DNA of 58,287 nucleotides from Minisyncoccota bacterium (GCA_041674105.1 JBAYWK010000004.1:1-58287); one strand, 5' to 3'; counted from the first letter of the stretch, positions 28,484 through 38,132 are shown. The notes: generated by a model not told the origin, from the sequence alone. Program-made: numbers and translations.

Positions 28484-29170
28484 CTATTCGCCGAGCAATT
28501 GTTCGCGGAGATGGCGTACGAGATCAGTGCCTACTTGATTGTTAACCGCAAACGGCAACATGAGGTTCAACAGACAGAGCGAGACTTCACGAGCATCTTC
28601 CTCCGGCAACTTTTTGATGCCGGCGACAACTGTCTCGAGATCGCCCTGTTGTGTGCCGTTGAGTAAAGCAGACTCGGCAGAACCCTTCAGTTGGACGCCG
28701 ACTTGAGCCAGAACTTCTTTCAGCTCATTAACAGACTTCCGACCAAAGTTCTTGGTCCGAAGCAGGTCCATTTCGCTGACTCCGGACAACTGACTCACGT
28801 GAGTGAGGCCGGCATTCCGCAAACAGATGAGTGTTCTGACGGAAAGACCTAGATCTTCGAGAGTGAGGCCGCTAACCCCATTCTTTCTCTTTTCTGTAAT
28901 CTTTTGTTGACCTTCCCACTGCTCGAGCCGCGAGATAGCGACCTTGAGTTCCTGATGCCTGCGAGATTGGATGTGGTCATCCACCTCCGGAACAGGATCT
29001 CCGCCGACTGCCGTCAGATCGATACCGAACATCTGTTGGACGGCATGAGTCTGTCTTGTGGGCGACGGCGCGTCCTTCCTGCCGGTAAACCAGAGTTGCT
29101 GCGGCACGGTTTGGAAATACTTCTCAAACCGCACTTTCAAGTCTGCGAACTGTGCTTCGTTGATTCTCAT
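28484..29170 (-). CDS. High-GC orphan protein containing an RNA polymerase alpha C-terminal domain (start moved to ATG 29170)
   Basis: LEDLGLSVRTLICLRNAGL...EMDLLRTKNFGRKSVNELKEVL matches the alpha-CTD fold; no alpha-NTD; GGGAG SD precedes ATG 29170. Confidence 0.8.
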   Translation of the reverse strand: MRINEAQFADLKVRFEKYFQTVPQQLWFTGRKDAPSPTRQTHAVQQMFGIDLTAVGGDPVPEVDDHIQSRRHQELKVAISRLEQWEGQQKITEKRKNGVSGLTLEDLGLSVRTLICLRNAGLTHVSQLSGVSEMDLLRTKNFGRKSVNELKEVLAQVGVQLKGSAESALLNGTQQGDLETVVAGIKKLPEEDAREVSLCLLNLMLPFAVNNQVGTDLVRHLREQLLGE

Positions 29171-29292
29171 ATTAATCTCCCAATGAACTGAAATTTTGGA
29201 ATTACTCCCACCAAGATATTCAAACCTTGAAAACCTCAGTGGGAGCCCAAAAATAGCCATATTTATGGCCAAATTCTTAGTTTTCTATATAT

Positions 29293-29321
29293 ATTATACA
29301 CCTAAATGTATAAAAAGTCAA
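29293..29321 (-). promoter_or_regulatory. Sigma70-type promoter for the alpha-CTD orphan
   Basis: TTGACT-N17-TATAAT on minus. Confidence 0.75.
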
Positions 29322-29327
29322 TAGATT

Positions 29328-30320
29328 TTATTTCCTCTCGACTACCCTCTTTACTGCCTCCAATATATGAGACTCGCCCATTTCGTAGTGTTCCAGAAGT
29401 TCTTCGGGTTTTCCACTTTGTCCAAACTGGTTTTTAACTCCAATAAATTCAATAGGCGTTGGTTGTGTTTTTGCCAAAAATTCTGAAACTGCTCCGCCTA
29501 ATCCCCCAGTTATTTGATGTTCTTCTACTGTAACCAAGGCTCCTGCTTCTTTTGCAAGTTCCAAAACTGCTTTTTCATCAAGAGGTTTTATTGTTGAAAT
29601 ATTTAAAACTTTTACATTTATTTTTTCTTTGGAAAGTTTTTCGGCAACTTTCAAAGCTTTATAAACCAAAGCACCTGTGGCTATTATTCCCACTTCAGCT
29701 TTTAGATCTTTTCCAAAAAGAATTTGCCCCTTTCCAACCTCAAATGGCGTTTCCTTTGTGGTTATGACCGGAGTTTTTTCTCTTGCCAAACGAAGATAAA
29801 CAGGTTTACCTAAATCTGCACAAGCTATTGTAGCTTTTCTAGCTTCTATGTGGTCACAAGGAGAAATGACAATCATATTTGGTATAACACGAGTAATAGC
29901 AATATCTTCTATAGCCTGATGCGTTCCTCCGTCTGGTCCGACAGAAACTCCGGCATGAGACCCAACAATAATAACAGCGCGGTCGTTGTAGCAAATAGTT
30001 GTTCGTATTTGTTCCCAATTTCTTCCAGGAGAAAACATTGCATAGCTAGAGATGAAAGGTATTTTGCCCATAGCAGACATTCCAGAAGCCACAGAAGCCA
30101 AGTTTTGTTCGGCTACACCCATTTCTACAAATCTTTCTGGAAATTTATTTTTGAAAAGATGCATCTGAGTTGACTCTGTAAGGTCTGCGCAAAGTCCGAC
30201 GACTTGTGAATTTTTCTCCCCCAACTCCAAAAGTCCCTGCCCAAAACCCTTTCGGATAGGAACTTGTTCTACATCTTTTTCAAATATCTTTGGATTTAAT
30301 TTTTGATTTGGATTTAGCAT
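29328..30320 (-). CDS. Transketolase, C-terminal subunit
   Basis: ADLTEST, EMGVAEQN, GPDGGTHQA, PVYLRLAR, TVEEH. Confidence 0.93.
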   Translation of the reverse strand: MLNPNQKLNPKIFEKDVEQVPIRKGFGQGLLELGEKNSQVVGLCADLTESTQMHLFKNKFPERFVEMGVAEQNLASVASGMSAMGKIPFISSYAMFSPGRNWEQIRTTICYNDRAVIIVGSHAGVSVGPDGGTHQAIEDIAITRVIPNMIVISPCDHIEARKATIACADLGKPVYLRLAREKTPVITTKETPFEVGKGQILFGKDLKAEVGIIATGALVYKALKVAEKLSKEKINVKVLNISTIKPLDEKAVLELAKEAGALVTVEEHQITGGLGGAVSEFLAKTQPTPIEFIGVKNQFGQSGKPEELLEHYEMGESHILEAVKRVVERK

Positions 30321-30324
30321 AGTT

Positions 30325-31224
30325 TTATTCGCTTTCTGAAGTTATTTGTCCACCAAGCGTGCGCAATTCACGCAAAGCTATCTCTGCCTGCTCATCTTTT
30401 GGTGGCTCGCCTGCAATCTCTGTTCCCGGAGGATTCCCGTGCCATTTGTAATCTCTCTCCATATAAGAAACTCCTTTACCAGGAATAGTTCTAGCAATAA
30501 TTACACTCGGACCATCAAAAACAGCTTGAGCTCTACCAATAGCAGCAACTATTTCAGCAAAATTATGACCATCTATTTCTTCGGTATGCCAACCAAAACT
30601 TTCAAACTTATGAGAAACGGATTCAAGTGGCATTATGTCTTCTGTATATCCGTCTATTTGAATATTATTTCTATCCACTATAACAATGAGATTCCCTAGT
30701 TTCTCTTTATTAGCAAGCATCATAGCTTCCCAATTCTGCCCTTCATTTAATTCACCGTCACCCATAAGACAATAAAAAAATCTATCAGAAGAAGGACCTC
30801 TATCCATTCTGTCTGCTATAGTCATTCCTACGGCTTGAGAAAGTCCAGAGCCAAGTGGCCCAGATGAATTTTCTAAAGCAGGTAAAAACTCTCTATGTGG
30901 ATGTCCTTGTAGGCGAGAGCCGAATTTTCTCAGAGTTAAAAGTTCTTCCACTGGAAAATAACCAGAGTGTGCCATTGTAGCGTAGAGTACAGGAGCTATA
31001 TGACCATTTGAAAGTATTAGTCTATCTCTCTCCTCCCAATTAGGGTCCTGTGGTTTATGACGAAGTATATAAAAATAGAGAGTAGCAAAAATATCTGCCA
31101 TGCCCAAAGGACCAGCAGAATGACCAGATCCGGCAGAGACAAGCATTTCTATAATAGAAACTCTAATATCATTTGCCTTCTTTTCTAAAAATTTTATTTT
31201 TTCGTCTGTGAGATTAGTAACCAT
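30325..31224 (-). CDS. Transketolase, N-terminal (TPP-binding) subunit
   Basis: GSGHSAG, RDRLILSNGH, LQGHP, GDGELNEG..N TPP motif, GKGVSYME..WHG. Confidence 0.93.
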   Translation of the reverse strand: MVTNLTDEKIKFLEKKANDIRVSIIEMLVSAGSGHSAGPLGMADIFATLYFYILRHKPQDPNWEERDRLILSNGHIAPVLYATMAHSGYFPVEELLTLRKFGSRLQGHPHREFLPALENSSGPLGSGLSQAVGMTIADRMDRGPSSDRFFYCLMGDGELNEGQNWEAMMLANKEKLGNLIVIVDRNNIQIDGYTEDIMPLESVSHKFESFGWHTEEIDGHNFAEIVAAIGRAQAVFDGPSVIIARTIPGKGVSYMERDYKWHGNPPGTEIAGEPPKDEQAEIALRELRTLGGQITSESE

Positions 31225-31894
31225 TGATAGATTTTAAATGATTAAACACATCACCCGGACTTTCTGAATGTAAAATAGCGGAACCTGAAATAAGTTTTGT
31301 CGCTCCAGCTAAAACAAGTTCTTCTGCAGTATCTTCGTTTACACCAATATCAATTCCAATTATACGCTCTGGATAAAGATTGTGCAATTCTTTTATCATC
31401 TCTATCGCTCTTTCCTCTAGCTCTACTCCGTGTTTTCCTAAACTATCTGAACCCATACACTGGATGAAATCTATTTCTCCAATATAAAGTTCCAAAAGTT
31501 TTATGTCTGTCTTTGGTTTTATAGCCAAACCCAAAGCTACTTCATATGTTCTGCATTGTTCAATTATTTTTTCCATATCTGTAACAGCTTCTATATGAAC
31601 AATGACCGCAGAAATACCTGTATGAATCCAATTTTCTAAAACCTCTTCTGGATTTTCTACCATCAAATGAAGTTCTATAGAAATTTTTTCCCATCTAGGC
31701 CAACCTGTATTTTCCGATTTTAATTCTTCAAAGAAGTCAGAATCTTTTCCATTGTATGGCCAAGTAGAAACTCCTGTAAATTTTCCGTCCGAAATATCTA
31801 CCTGCACAACCTTTGCAAAACTAGAAACTAGGTCAATTTCTTCTTCCAGTTGTTTTTTTGAATATGGGATTATAGCTGGTATTACTTCTGTCAT
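31214..31894 (-). CDS. rpe: Ribulose-phosphate 3-epimerase
   Basis: VQVDISDGKF, ELHLMV, VHIE, IDIGVN, LISGSAI; operonic with tkt and rpiB. Confidence 0.85.
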   Translation of the reverse strand: MTEVIPAIIPYSKKQLEEEIDLVSSFAKVVQVDISDGKFTGVSTWPYNGKDSDFFEELKSENTGWPRWEKISIELHLMVENPEEVLENWIHTGISAVIVHIEAVTDMEKIIEQCRTYEVALGLAIKPKTDIKLLELYIGEIDFIQCMGSDSLGKHGVELEERAIEMIKELHNLYPERIIGIDIGVNEDTAEELVLAGATKLISGSAILHSESPGDVFNHLKSINGY

Positions 31895-31902
31895 ATTTTA
31901 TT

Positions 31903-32346
31903 TTAAAGATTATCTATTTTTTCAATTCTCCTTTTATGTCTTTCTTCTTCAGAAAAAGGAGTTTCAAGCCAAAGCAAGACGGCGTCTTTAGCTTCTGTGT
32001 TTGTGATAAAATGAGCACCTAAAGATAAAACATTTGAGTCGTTGTGCTCTCTAGATAAAGTCACAATATGCTTTGTTCCTCCATAAAAAACTGCACAACG
32101 GACACCAAGAAATCTATTTGAAACCATTGCTTCACCTTGCCCCGACCAACCCAAAACAATACCTTTTGCATCACTTTCCTCTGAAACAGCCGAGGCTACT
32201 TTTGAAACATGGTCTGGATAATCATCATCTTGATCATATTCTTTCGGACCACAATCAAAAACATTGTATCCTTTTTCAGTAAGGAACTTCACGAGCTCTC
32301 TTTTCATTTCAAAACCAGCGTGATCAGAGGCGATATAGATTCTCAT
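31903..32346 (-). CDS. rpiB: Ribose-5-phosphate isomerase B (start moved to ATG 32346)
   Basis: MRIYIASDHAG, DYPD, SGQGEAMVSNR, REHNDSNVL, RHKRRI. Confidence 0.92.
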   Translation of the reverse strand: MRIYIASDHAGFEMKRELVKFLTEKGYNVFDCGPKEYDQDDDYPDHVSKVASAVSEESDAKGIVLGWSGQGEAMVSNRFLGVRCAVFYGGTKHIVTLSREHNDSNVLSLGAHFITNTEAKDAVLLWLETPFSEEERHKRRIEKIDNL

Positions 32347-32450
32347 ATAAATATTATAACATTTAGATACAAAAATAGTATAAAAAGTGTCAAGGGGCAC
32401 CCTTGACACTTTAGAGGCAGCCCTCCTCAGAGATTTGAAAATAGCTTGAT

Positions 32451-32559
32451 GGATTTTTGATTGAGTTCAAGGCGAGATGAGAAAATATGAGAAGCCTTAC
32501 ACCTAGTAAGGTGACGAGGATTTTTGATATTCCAACACAGAAATCAGTCAAAAAGACCC
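32451..32559 (+). repeat. Structured intergenic element, copy D (divergent)
   Basis: Arms tttttgattgagttc (32454-32468) and gaaatcagtcaaaaa (32540-32554); cacct-AGTA-aggtg at 32500-32513; ACGAGGATTTTT resembles ACGAGGAATTTTT of copy B. Confidence 0.55.
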
Positions 32560-32564
32560 GAGCG

Positions 32565-33593
32565 TTATAAAAAGGATGCTGTTTTGACTACATGCTCCAT
32601 TAGAGAGTGTGTATACCCCATTTCGTTATCGTACCAAGCACAGACTTTTACCAAATTTCCATCTACAACCCTTGTTAACCCTAAGTCGGCAATAGATGCA
32701 TACTTACTACCCAGAATATCAGAAGAAACAATAGGATCCTCTGTAACAGAGAAGATTTTTGACCAATTTTCTGTACCAGCAGCATCTTTTAGTATTTTAT
32801 TGACTTCCTCAACCGTTGTATTTCTCTTGGCAATAAAAGTTACATCCACAATAGAACCAGCAATAACAGGCACTCTTATAGCAATACCATCAAACTTCCC
32901 TTCTAGGTCTGTGATAACCTTTGTAGTGGCTATGGCTGCTCCTGTAGTAGTAGGAACAATATTTTGTGCAGCAGCTCTACCTTCTTTAAAATCTTTCTTA
33001 TTTGGACCATCTACAATACTTTGACTTGCTGTATACCCGTGAACAGTGTTTAGAATAGCCTTTTCTATACCTATAGACATATTTAATATCTGGATTAGAG
33101 GACTTCCAGCGTTTGTTGTACAAGAAGCATTAGAAGTAACTGTTTTTTCTTTCAAAGAATCACAGTTTATACCCATAAGAATTGTGCCCTCACCTGTAGA
33201 AGTTGGATCATCTTTTGCTGGTGCAGTTATAACCACTTTCTTAGCACCAGCCTGTAAATGAACTTTAGCTTTTTCAAAAGTAGTGAAAACTCCAGTAGAC
33301 TCTACGACAACATCTATGTCCAAATCTTTCCAAGGGAGACTTGTTGGATCTTTTTCAGAAAGAAATTTAAAACTCTCTCCATCTGCTGTAATAGTTTTTC
33401 CATCCTCAGAAACTTCTACTTTAGAAAAAGCTTGTCCATAAACAGTGTCATATTTTAAAAGATAAGCAATGTTTTTTACATCACCCAAGTCATTTATGGC
33501 TACAATATCAACATCATCTCTTTTGTGTGCCAATCTGAAAAAAGCCCTGCCGATTCTACCTCCTCCATTTATAGCTACTTTTATTTTTTTCAT
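32565..33593 (-). CDS. gap: Glyceraldehyde-3-phosphate dehydrogenase (type I)
   Basis: VAINGGGRIGR, SNASCTTN active site, VHGYTASQ, WYDNEMGY. Confidence 0.97.
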   Translation of the reverse strand: MKKIKVAINGGGRIGRAFFRLAHKRDDVDIVAINDLGDVKNIAYLLKYDTVYGQAFSKVEVSEDGKTITADGESFKFLSEKDPTSLPWKDLDIDVVVESTGVFTTFEKAKVHLQAGAKKVVITAPAKDDPTSTGEGTILMGINCDSLKEKTVTSNASCTTNAGSPLIQILNMSIGIEKAILNTVHGYTASQSIVDGPNKKDFKEGRAAAQNIVPTTTGAAIATTKVITDLEGKFDGIAIRVPVIAGSIVDVTFIAKRNTTVEEVNKILKDAAGTENWSKIFSVTEDPIVSSDILGSKYASIADLGLTRVVDGNLVKVCAWYDNEMGYTHSLMEHVVKTASFL

Positions 33594-33687
33594 ATTTCCT
33601 GTATTTTAGAATTAATATATGAATTATAACTATTTTCTACCAATAAAACAAAAAAATAACCCAACCATACCCCGTTGAAGTTGCCTA

Positions 33688-33805
33688 GGATCTCTTTCTC
33701 AGCAGTACAATTTTAGGGCACACCATAAGTCTTGCTAGACTTTGGCTCAATCTCACGCCGTCGCGCTCTCCAAAGTCCCCAAAATCATATTGCTGAGGCG
33801 AGACC
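33688..33805 (-). repeat. Structured intergenic element, copy C
   Basis: Minus strand carries the same 16-mer GAGCGCGACGGCGTGA (33753-33768) as copy B; long G-U-rich outer stem; aagtct-AGCA-agactt inner hairpin. Confidence 0.7.
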
Positions 33806-33934
33806 CCTTTTGTCTTTAAACTTCCTTACATATTAACTTCATTAAGTTAAAATAAAACACTGTCTGAGCATAACAAAAACCATCCGATTATAGATGGTTT
33901 TATGCGTGTTTTTAAAAGAGTGTTATATGTGGTT

Positions 33935-36253
33935 CTACTTCTTAGACTCTGTTACTATATCATCCACACTACAAACTCCACCGACACAAGCAAGTTCTGC
34001 TTTTTGTTCTAGCTCGTCTGTCGCTTCATAAGTCATAATCTTTGAGAAATCAATATGTTCAAACCTTTTCAACATCTCTTCGTAAGTTTTCTTGTCTATT
34101 GTCTCATAAGGAGCAAGTTTATATATATGATTTGTCCTAGGTAGAAATGAAAGACCTCCTACAATATTCCAATTTTTATAAACCCAATTAGCTACATCTA
34201 TCCACTCATCTTCACCTATAGAAATAGTTGTAGAAGGGTTATGTTCTGTATAATTTTCCTTCAAAACCTTCCAATATTCTAGTTGTTGTATTGCTGTTTG
34301 ATCATCTTTAAAAATAGATCCGTTTGGTGCTTTTACCGGAAAATCCAAAACAAAAGTTGTAGCTGTCTCTAGAGACTGTCCTACCTCTGGATGAAAAGGA
34401 ACGCCTTGGTCACGAAGCATTTTAAACAATGAATCAGTCACCGCAATTCTAACTCTTCTTATATAATATTCAGAATGTCTTGGGTGCATTCCAGAAGAAG
34501 AATCCACTGTTTGGGATAGGTTTCCTGATGGTTTTACACAAGTCACACAAGATGATTCACTTACACCAAATCTTTTTGCATAAATTTTATTTATCCTTAA
34601 AGACTCATTTTTCAACCTCCTTAAAACTTCCGGCTTTCGTGATACAGGAGAATCCCATTGTCCTGTAATAGATACTCCCAAAAGTCTCTCTTGTTCACAG
34701 TTTTGTTTCCACTCTTTTGAAAGGTAAGGGAAATATGTGAGTGTAGCCTGATATGTACCTAAAATAGTAGCTACTTTCATTTTTCTAATAAGACTAGCTT
34801 CAGTATCATCAGCTCTAGCTACTATTTCAGATAAGTTACAAAACTGTTTTGATTGTAGTATTATCTCTCCACAAGGATTTGTTCCCCATTGAGGTTTTTT
34901 ACCTTCAGCAAATAGATTCAGTCTCCTTTTAGGCAAAGTATAATCTAAAGATTCTCTATTAAATATTCCTCTTTCTCCAGAGCCACTTTTCATCAAAGCT
35001 AGCCATTCATCTAGAAATTCTGTATTTGTTGGCTTTGATGTATAAACAGCAGAATTATTTGCCAAAGATCTTTGTGGATCTGTCATCCAAAACTGACCTT
35101 TCTTTGCATCTCTTATTTTCTCATCCTCTAAATCTGATAAAGATATCATTGCACTTCTTCTGACTCCTCCAGAGACGACAATCTCTCCTATTTTACATAT
35201 AATATCGTGAGCATCTATATTTTCTAGTCTTTTACCTTGTCTTGCCAACATTTTTTGTCTTGTAAAAACCAAAAGCTCTTGTAGAGGAGCGGGGCCTGAA
35301 GATTTTCCTCCCATAGTTTTAAGTCTTGCTCCAGCCGGACGAAGTAAAGAGAAATCAAATTCCACATCCATCCCACTCGCCCAAGTCTCCATTCCCAAAG
35401 TGAGAGCGTCACACCAGCCTTCTTTACTATCTGGAACAACATAAGTGTCTATTTTTTTACCAGTTTGTTTTTGTATTTGCGGTAGTTTCTGAATATTCTC
35501 ACTTTCAACAGACCAACCTGCCCCCGTACCACACATAGAGATATACATTATTTCAGCAAAATCACGAAGTTTTGAAGGGGCAATAAAAGAACAGTTGTAG
35601 GCTGCCACATTTGTAGCTCTAGCTGCTGGACCTGCAAACTGCAAAAGTCGCATAGAAGGCATAGCCTCTTGTTTCAAAATAGCTTCTTTTACTTCTTTAT
35701 ACTCAGAATCTTTTAGTTTATTACCAAGATTCTCTTTCATAAAAGAAATATATCTTTCTACTGTTTCAACCCAAGTTTCTCTTCTGTTCTCCTCAGATAC
35801 CCATTTTGAGTAAGTCCTATAGTAAATAAACTCTCCTAAAGGATTTCTGAAATAATCCTTACTCTCTTTGGCGAGTTTTTTAACTTTCTCAGGGACTTCT
35901 ATACCTTTATACCTTAGTCTATTTCTTTCTTCTCTATACAAGATATATGACTTAGCAGTAGTCACATACTCAGAGAGCATAAGCTCTTTTTCAACAGAGT
36001 TTTGTATACCTTCAACTGTTGGAATAAAATTAGGATGTTTTTTAGAAATCCTTACCAAATCGGCAAAAACTTTGTTTGCCACCATCTCAGCCTCAGCCAA
36101 AGAACCTTCATTTGCGGATATCATAGCTTTGTTAATCGCGTTTGTTATCCTATCTACATCAAAATTAACAACCTCCCCATTCCTCTTTTCGACTTTTTTT
36201 ATCAAATCTGTTTTTTTAATCATTTTTGACTGGTTTTTTGATTCTTTTGGCAT
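33935..36253 (-). CDS. nrdJ: Class II (adenosylcobalamin-dependent) ribonucleotide reductase with an N-terminal ATP cone
   Basis: ATP cone (VEKRNGEVVNFD..I), PSMRLLQFAG..YNCSF, GTNPCGEI, TCVKPSGN, C-terminal ACVGGVC; no beta-subunit gene nearby. Confidence 0.85.
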   Translation of the reverse strand: MPKESKNQSKMIKKTDLIKKVEKRNGEVVNFDVDRITNAINKAMISANEGSLAEAEMVANKVFADLVRISKKHPNFIPTVEGIQNSVEKELMLSEYVTTAKSYILYREERNRLRYKGIEVPEKVKKLAKESKDYFRNPLGEFIYYRTYSKWVSEENRRETWVETVERYISFMKENLGNKLKDSEYKEVKEAILKQEAMPSMRLLQFAGPAARATNVAAYNCSFIAPSKLRDFAEIMYISMCGTGAGWSVESENIQKLPQIQKQTGKKIDTYVVPDSKEGWCDALTLGMETWASGMDVEFDFSLLRPAGARLKTMGGKSSGPAPLQELLVFTRQKMLARQGKRLENIDAHDIICKIGEIVVSGGVRRSAMISLSDLEDEKIRDAKKGQFWMTDPQRSLANNSAVYTSKPTNTEFLDEWLALMKSGSGERGIFNRESLDYTLPKRRLNLFAEGKKPQWGTNPCGEIILQSKQFCNLSEIVARADDTEASLIRKMKVATILGTYQATLTYFPYLSKEWKQNCEQERLLGVSITGQWDSPVSRKPEVLRRLKNESLRINKIYAKRFGVSESSCVTCVKPSGNLSQTVDSSSGMHPRHSEYYIRRVRIAVTDSLFKMLRDQGVPFHPEVGQSLETATTFVLDFPVKAPNGSIFKDDQTAIQQLEYWKVLKENYTEHNPSTTISIGEDEWIDVANWVYKNWNIVGGLSFLPRTNHIYKLAPYETIDKKTYEEMLKRFEHIDFSKIMTYEATDELEQKAELACVGGVCSVDDIVTESKK

Positions 36254-36344
36254 ATTTTTCTAAAAAATTAAATGTTTTTGATAAAAAATTTATAAAAAAT
36301 AAATTATAGTTCTATTATTGTACTCCAAAAAGAGACAAAAAAAC

Positions 36345-36353
36345 TGTGGATAA
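36345..36353 (-). promoter_or_regulatory. Consensus DnaA box upstream of the RNR gene
   Basis: TGTGGATAA on + = TTATCCACA on minus, about 90 bp upstream of nrdJ. Confidence 0.5.
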
Positions 36354-36437
36354 CGTCCATTTCAGAACCCATAGAATAAATCTGTAGAGGTGTAAAGATT
36401 GAACCCAAAAAAGCTCAACTATAGTACCATTTTTAAA

Positions 36438-36929
36438 CTACTCTTTTCTAAAAATAATTTTATCACCTATTTTTATACCAAGTCTGTCCGCATTTCCCGA
36501 AGAAATCTCCAAAACATACAAAGAATCACTTTCTGGATAAAAATTTTTCGGAAAAGTATCTGGAGAAACTTCTTTTTCTATATGATTGACCACAAGATCA
36601 CTGTCCATCCATATTATATCTAGCGGAAAAAGCATATCTTTCATCCAAAAACCATATCTATATGGTTTTTGAAAGACAAAAAATGTACCCTCGTCTAAAC
36701 CAAGACTTTCTCTACCAGATAAACCTCTTTCTCTAGACAAAAAAGTATCGGCCACAGCCACATTGAGAACATTCTCTCCTACAAATATCTGACCTTGGCT
36801 AAATTCAACATCTTTGACCGGTTTTGGCTTTGAAAGTAAGGCTCGTGAGTAACTATAGCCAAATATCAATACACAAACTGCAAAGAAAGTATAAATCCAT
36901 TTAGCTTTATTGGTCAGAAATGTTTTCAT
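36438..36929 (-). CDS. DUF192 family protein
   Basis: N-terminal TM; VAVADT..SRERGLSGR...FWMKDMLFPLDIIW...YVLEI..G. Confidence 0.88.
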   Translation of the reverse strand: MKTFLTNKAKWIYTFFAVCVLIFGYSYSRALLSKPKPVKDVEFSQGQIFVGENVLNVAVADTFLSRERGLSGRESLGLDEGTFFVFQKPYRYGFWMKDMLFPLDIIWMDSDLVVNHIEKEVSPDTFPKNFYPESDSLYVLEISSGNADRLGIKIGDKIIFRKE

Positions 36930-36945
36930 ATAATTTAATTATAAC

Positions 36946-36976
36946 AAAAAAACGACACAAAATGTGTCGTTTTTTA
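36946..36976 (-). terminator. Intrinsic terminator after the RRM gene
   Basis: aaaaaaacgacac-aaaat-gtgtcgtttttt. Confidence 0.75.
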
Positions 36977-36994
36977 TTGTAAGAAGAGTGTGGA

Positions 36995-37327
36995 TTACCA
37001 GTTTCTTCCGCCTCTATTATCAGTTCTACCTCCGCCGTTTCCTCCTCTGAAACCACCTTCTGCTCTAGGAGCTCTAGGTTCCATTGGACGAGCTTCGTTA
37101 ACAGTTAGTTTTCTTCCGTCTAGCTCCTTGTCATTCCACATATCGATAGCAGCTTGTGCTTCTTCGTCTGTAGACATTTCAACGAAACCAAAACCTTTTG
37201 ATCTACCTGTCATTCTGTCCATGATAATACTTGCTGAAACAACTGTTCCCGCTTGTGCAAAGGCATCATTCAACCCACTATCGTTTGTTGAATATGAAAT
37301 ACCTCCTATATATAACTTTTTTGCCAT
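36995..37327 (-). CDS. RRM RNA-binding protein with a Gly/Arg-rich tail
   Basis: KLYIGGIS (RNP2), KGFGFVEM (RNP1), GGFRGG tail. Confidence 0.93.
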   Translation of the reverse strand: MAKKLYIGGISYSTNDSGLNDAFAQAGTVVSASIIMDRMTGRSKGFGFVEMSTDEEAQAAIDMWNDKELDGRKLTVNEARPMEPRAPRAEGGFRGGNGGGRTDNRGGRNW

Positions 37328-37463
37328 TTAATTTCTTCTAGTCTTTATGTATTAAAGTGTAAGGCGACTAGCTTCTCTTCTTTTTCAAACTTTCGCAAGA
37401 AAACCTACGAGATTACTTACATTAATACAATTATACTCCCTTAAAGTAGAAAAGTCAAATAGT

Positions 37464-38132
37464 TTATTCCACAGTCACTTTTTTCATAACTACCGGAGAA
37501 ATAGGCTTATCGTTAGCCCCAGTTTGGACATTAGCAATAGTATCCACAACATCTTGTCCTTCTACGACTTTACCGAAAATAGTGTAGGAATTTGGTAGTG
37601 GGTAGTCTTCAGTCATAATGAAAAACTGACTTCCATTTGTATCTGGACCAGAATTTGCCATAGCTACCACACCTTTTTTATAACCATTTTTATAACTTTG
37701 TGTATTTGGGTTTAACTCATCCTCAAATTTATATCCTGGGCCACCAGTACCATTACCGTTTGGGTCTCCGCCTTGAATCATAAAACCTTTTATAACTCTA
37801 TGAAAAGTTAAGTTATCGTAAAATCCTTTTTCTGTTAAAGTAATAAAATTATTGACTGTTTTTGGAGCATCATTATTGTATGTTTCAAAAACAATCTTTC
37901 CATAGTTGGTTTCTAATGTAATCATATTTTTTTCTTTTTTAGTTTGAGTTTTTAAATCTGTATCAGGGTTACTTTGACCATTGGTATCTGTAGATAGAGG
38001 CGAACCTGTCAAAGAATTGTCTCCATCATTTGTTGTGCCGAGGACAGCACTCTCTTTTTTTTCTCCAAAGAGATACACCCCGCCGACTATAAGCAAAGCA
38101 ACTACAATAAGACTTATGATTGTATATTTCAT
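37464..38132 (-). CDS. Membrane-anchored cyclophilin-type peptidyl-prolyl isomerase
   Basis: FHRVIKGFMIQGGDP, AMANSGPDTNGSQFFI; N-terminal TM. Confidence 0.93.
   Translation of the reverse strand: MKYTIISLIVVALLIVGGVYLFGEKKESAVLGTTNDGDNSLTGSPLSTDTNGQSNPDTDLKTQTKKEKNMITLETNYGKIVFETYNNDAPKTVNNFITLTEKGFYDNLTFHRVIKGFMIQGGDPNGNGTGGPGYKFEDELNPNTQSYKNGYKKGVVAMANSGPDTNGSQFFIMTEDYPLPNSYTIFGKVVEGQDVVDTIANVQTGANDKPISPVVMKKVTVE

Noticed and set aside
28418-29191. Alternative ORFs 28418-28666 (-) and 28904-29191 (+) in the high-GC island
   Set aside because: High GC lengthens shadow frames; the alpha-CTD frame has the recognisable domain, SD and promoter.
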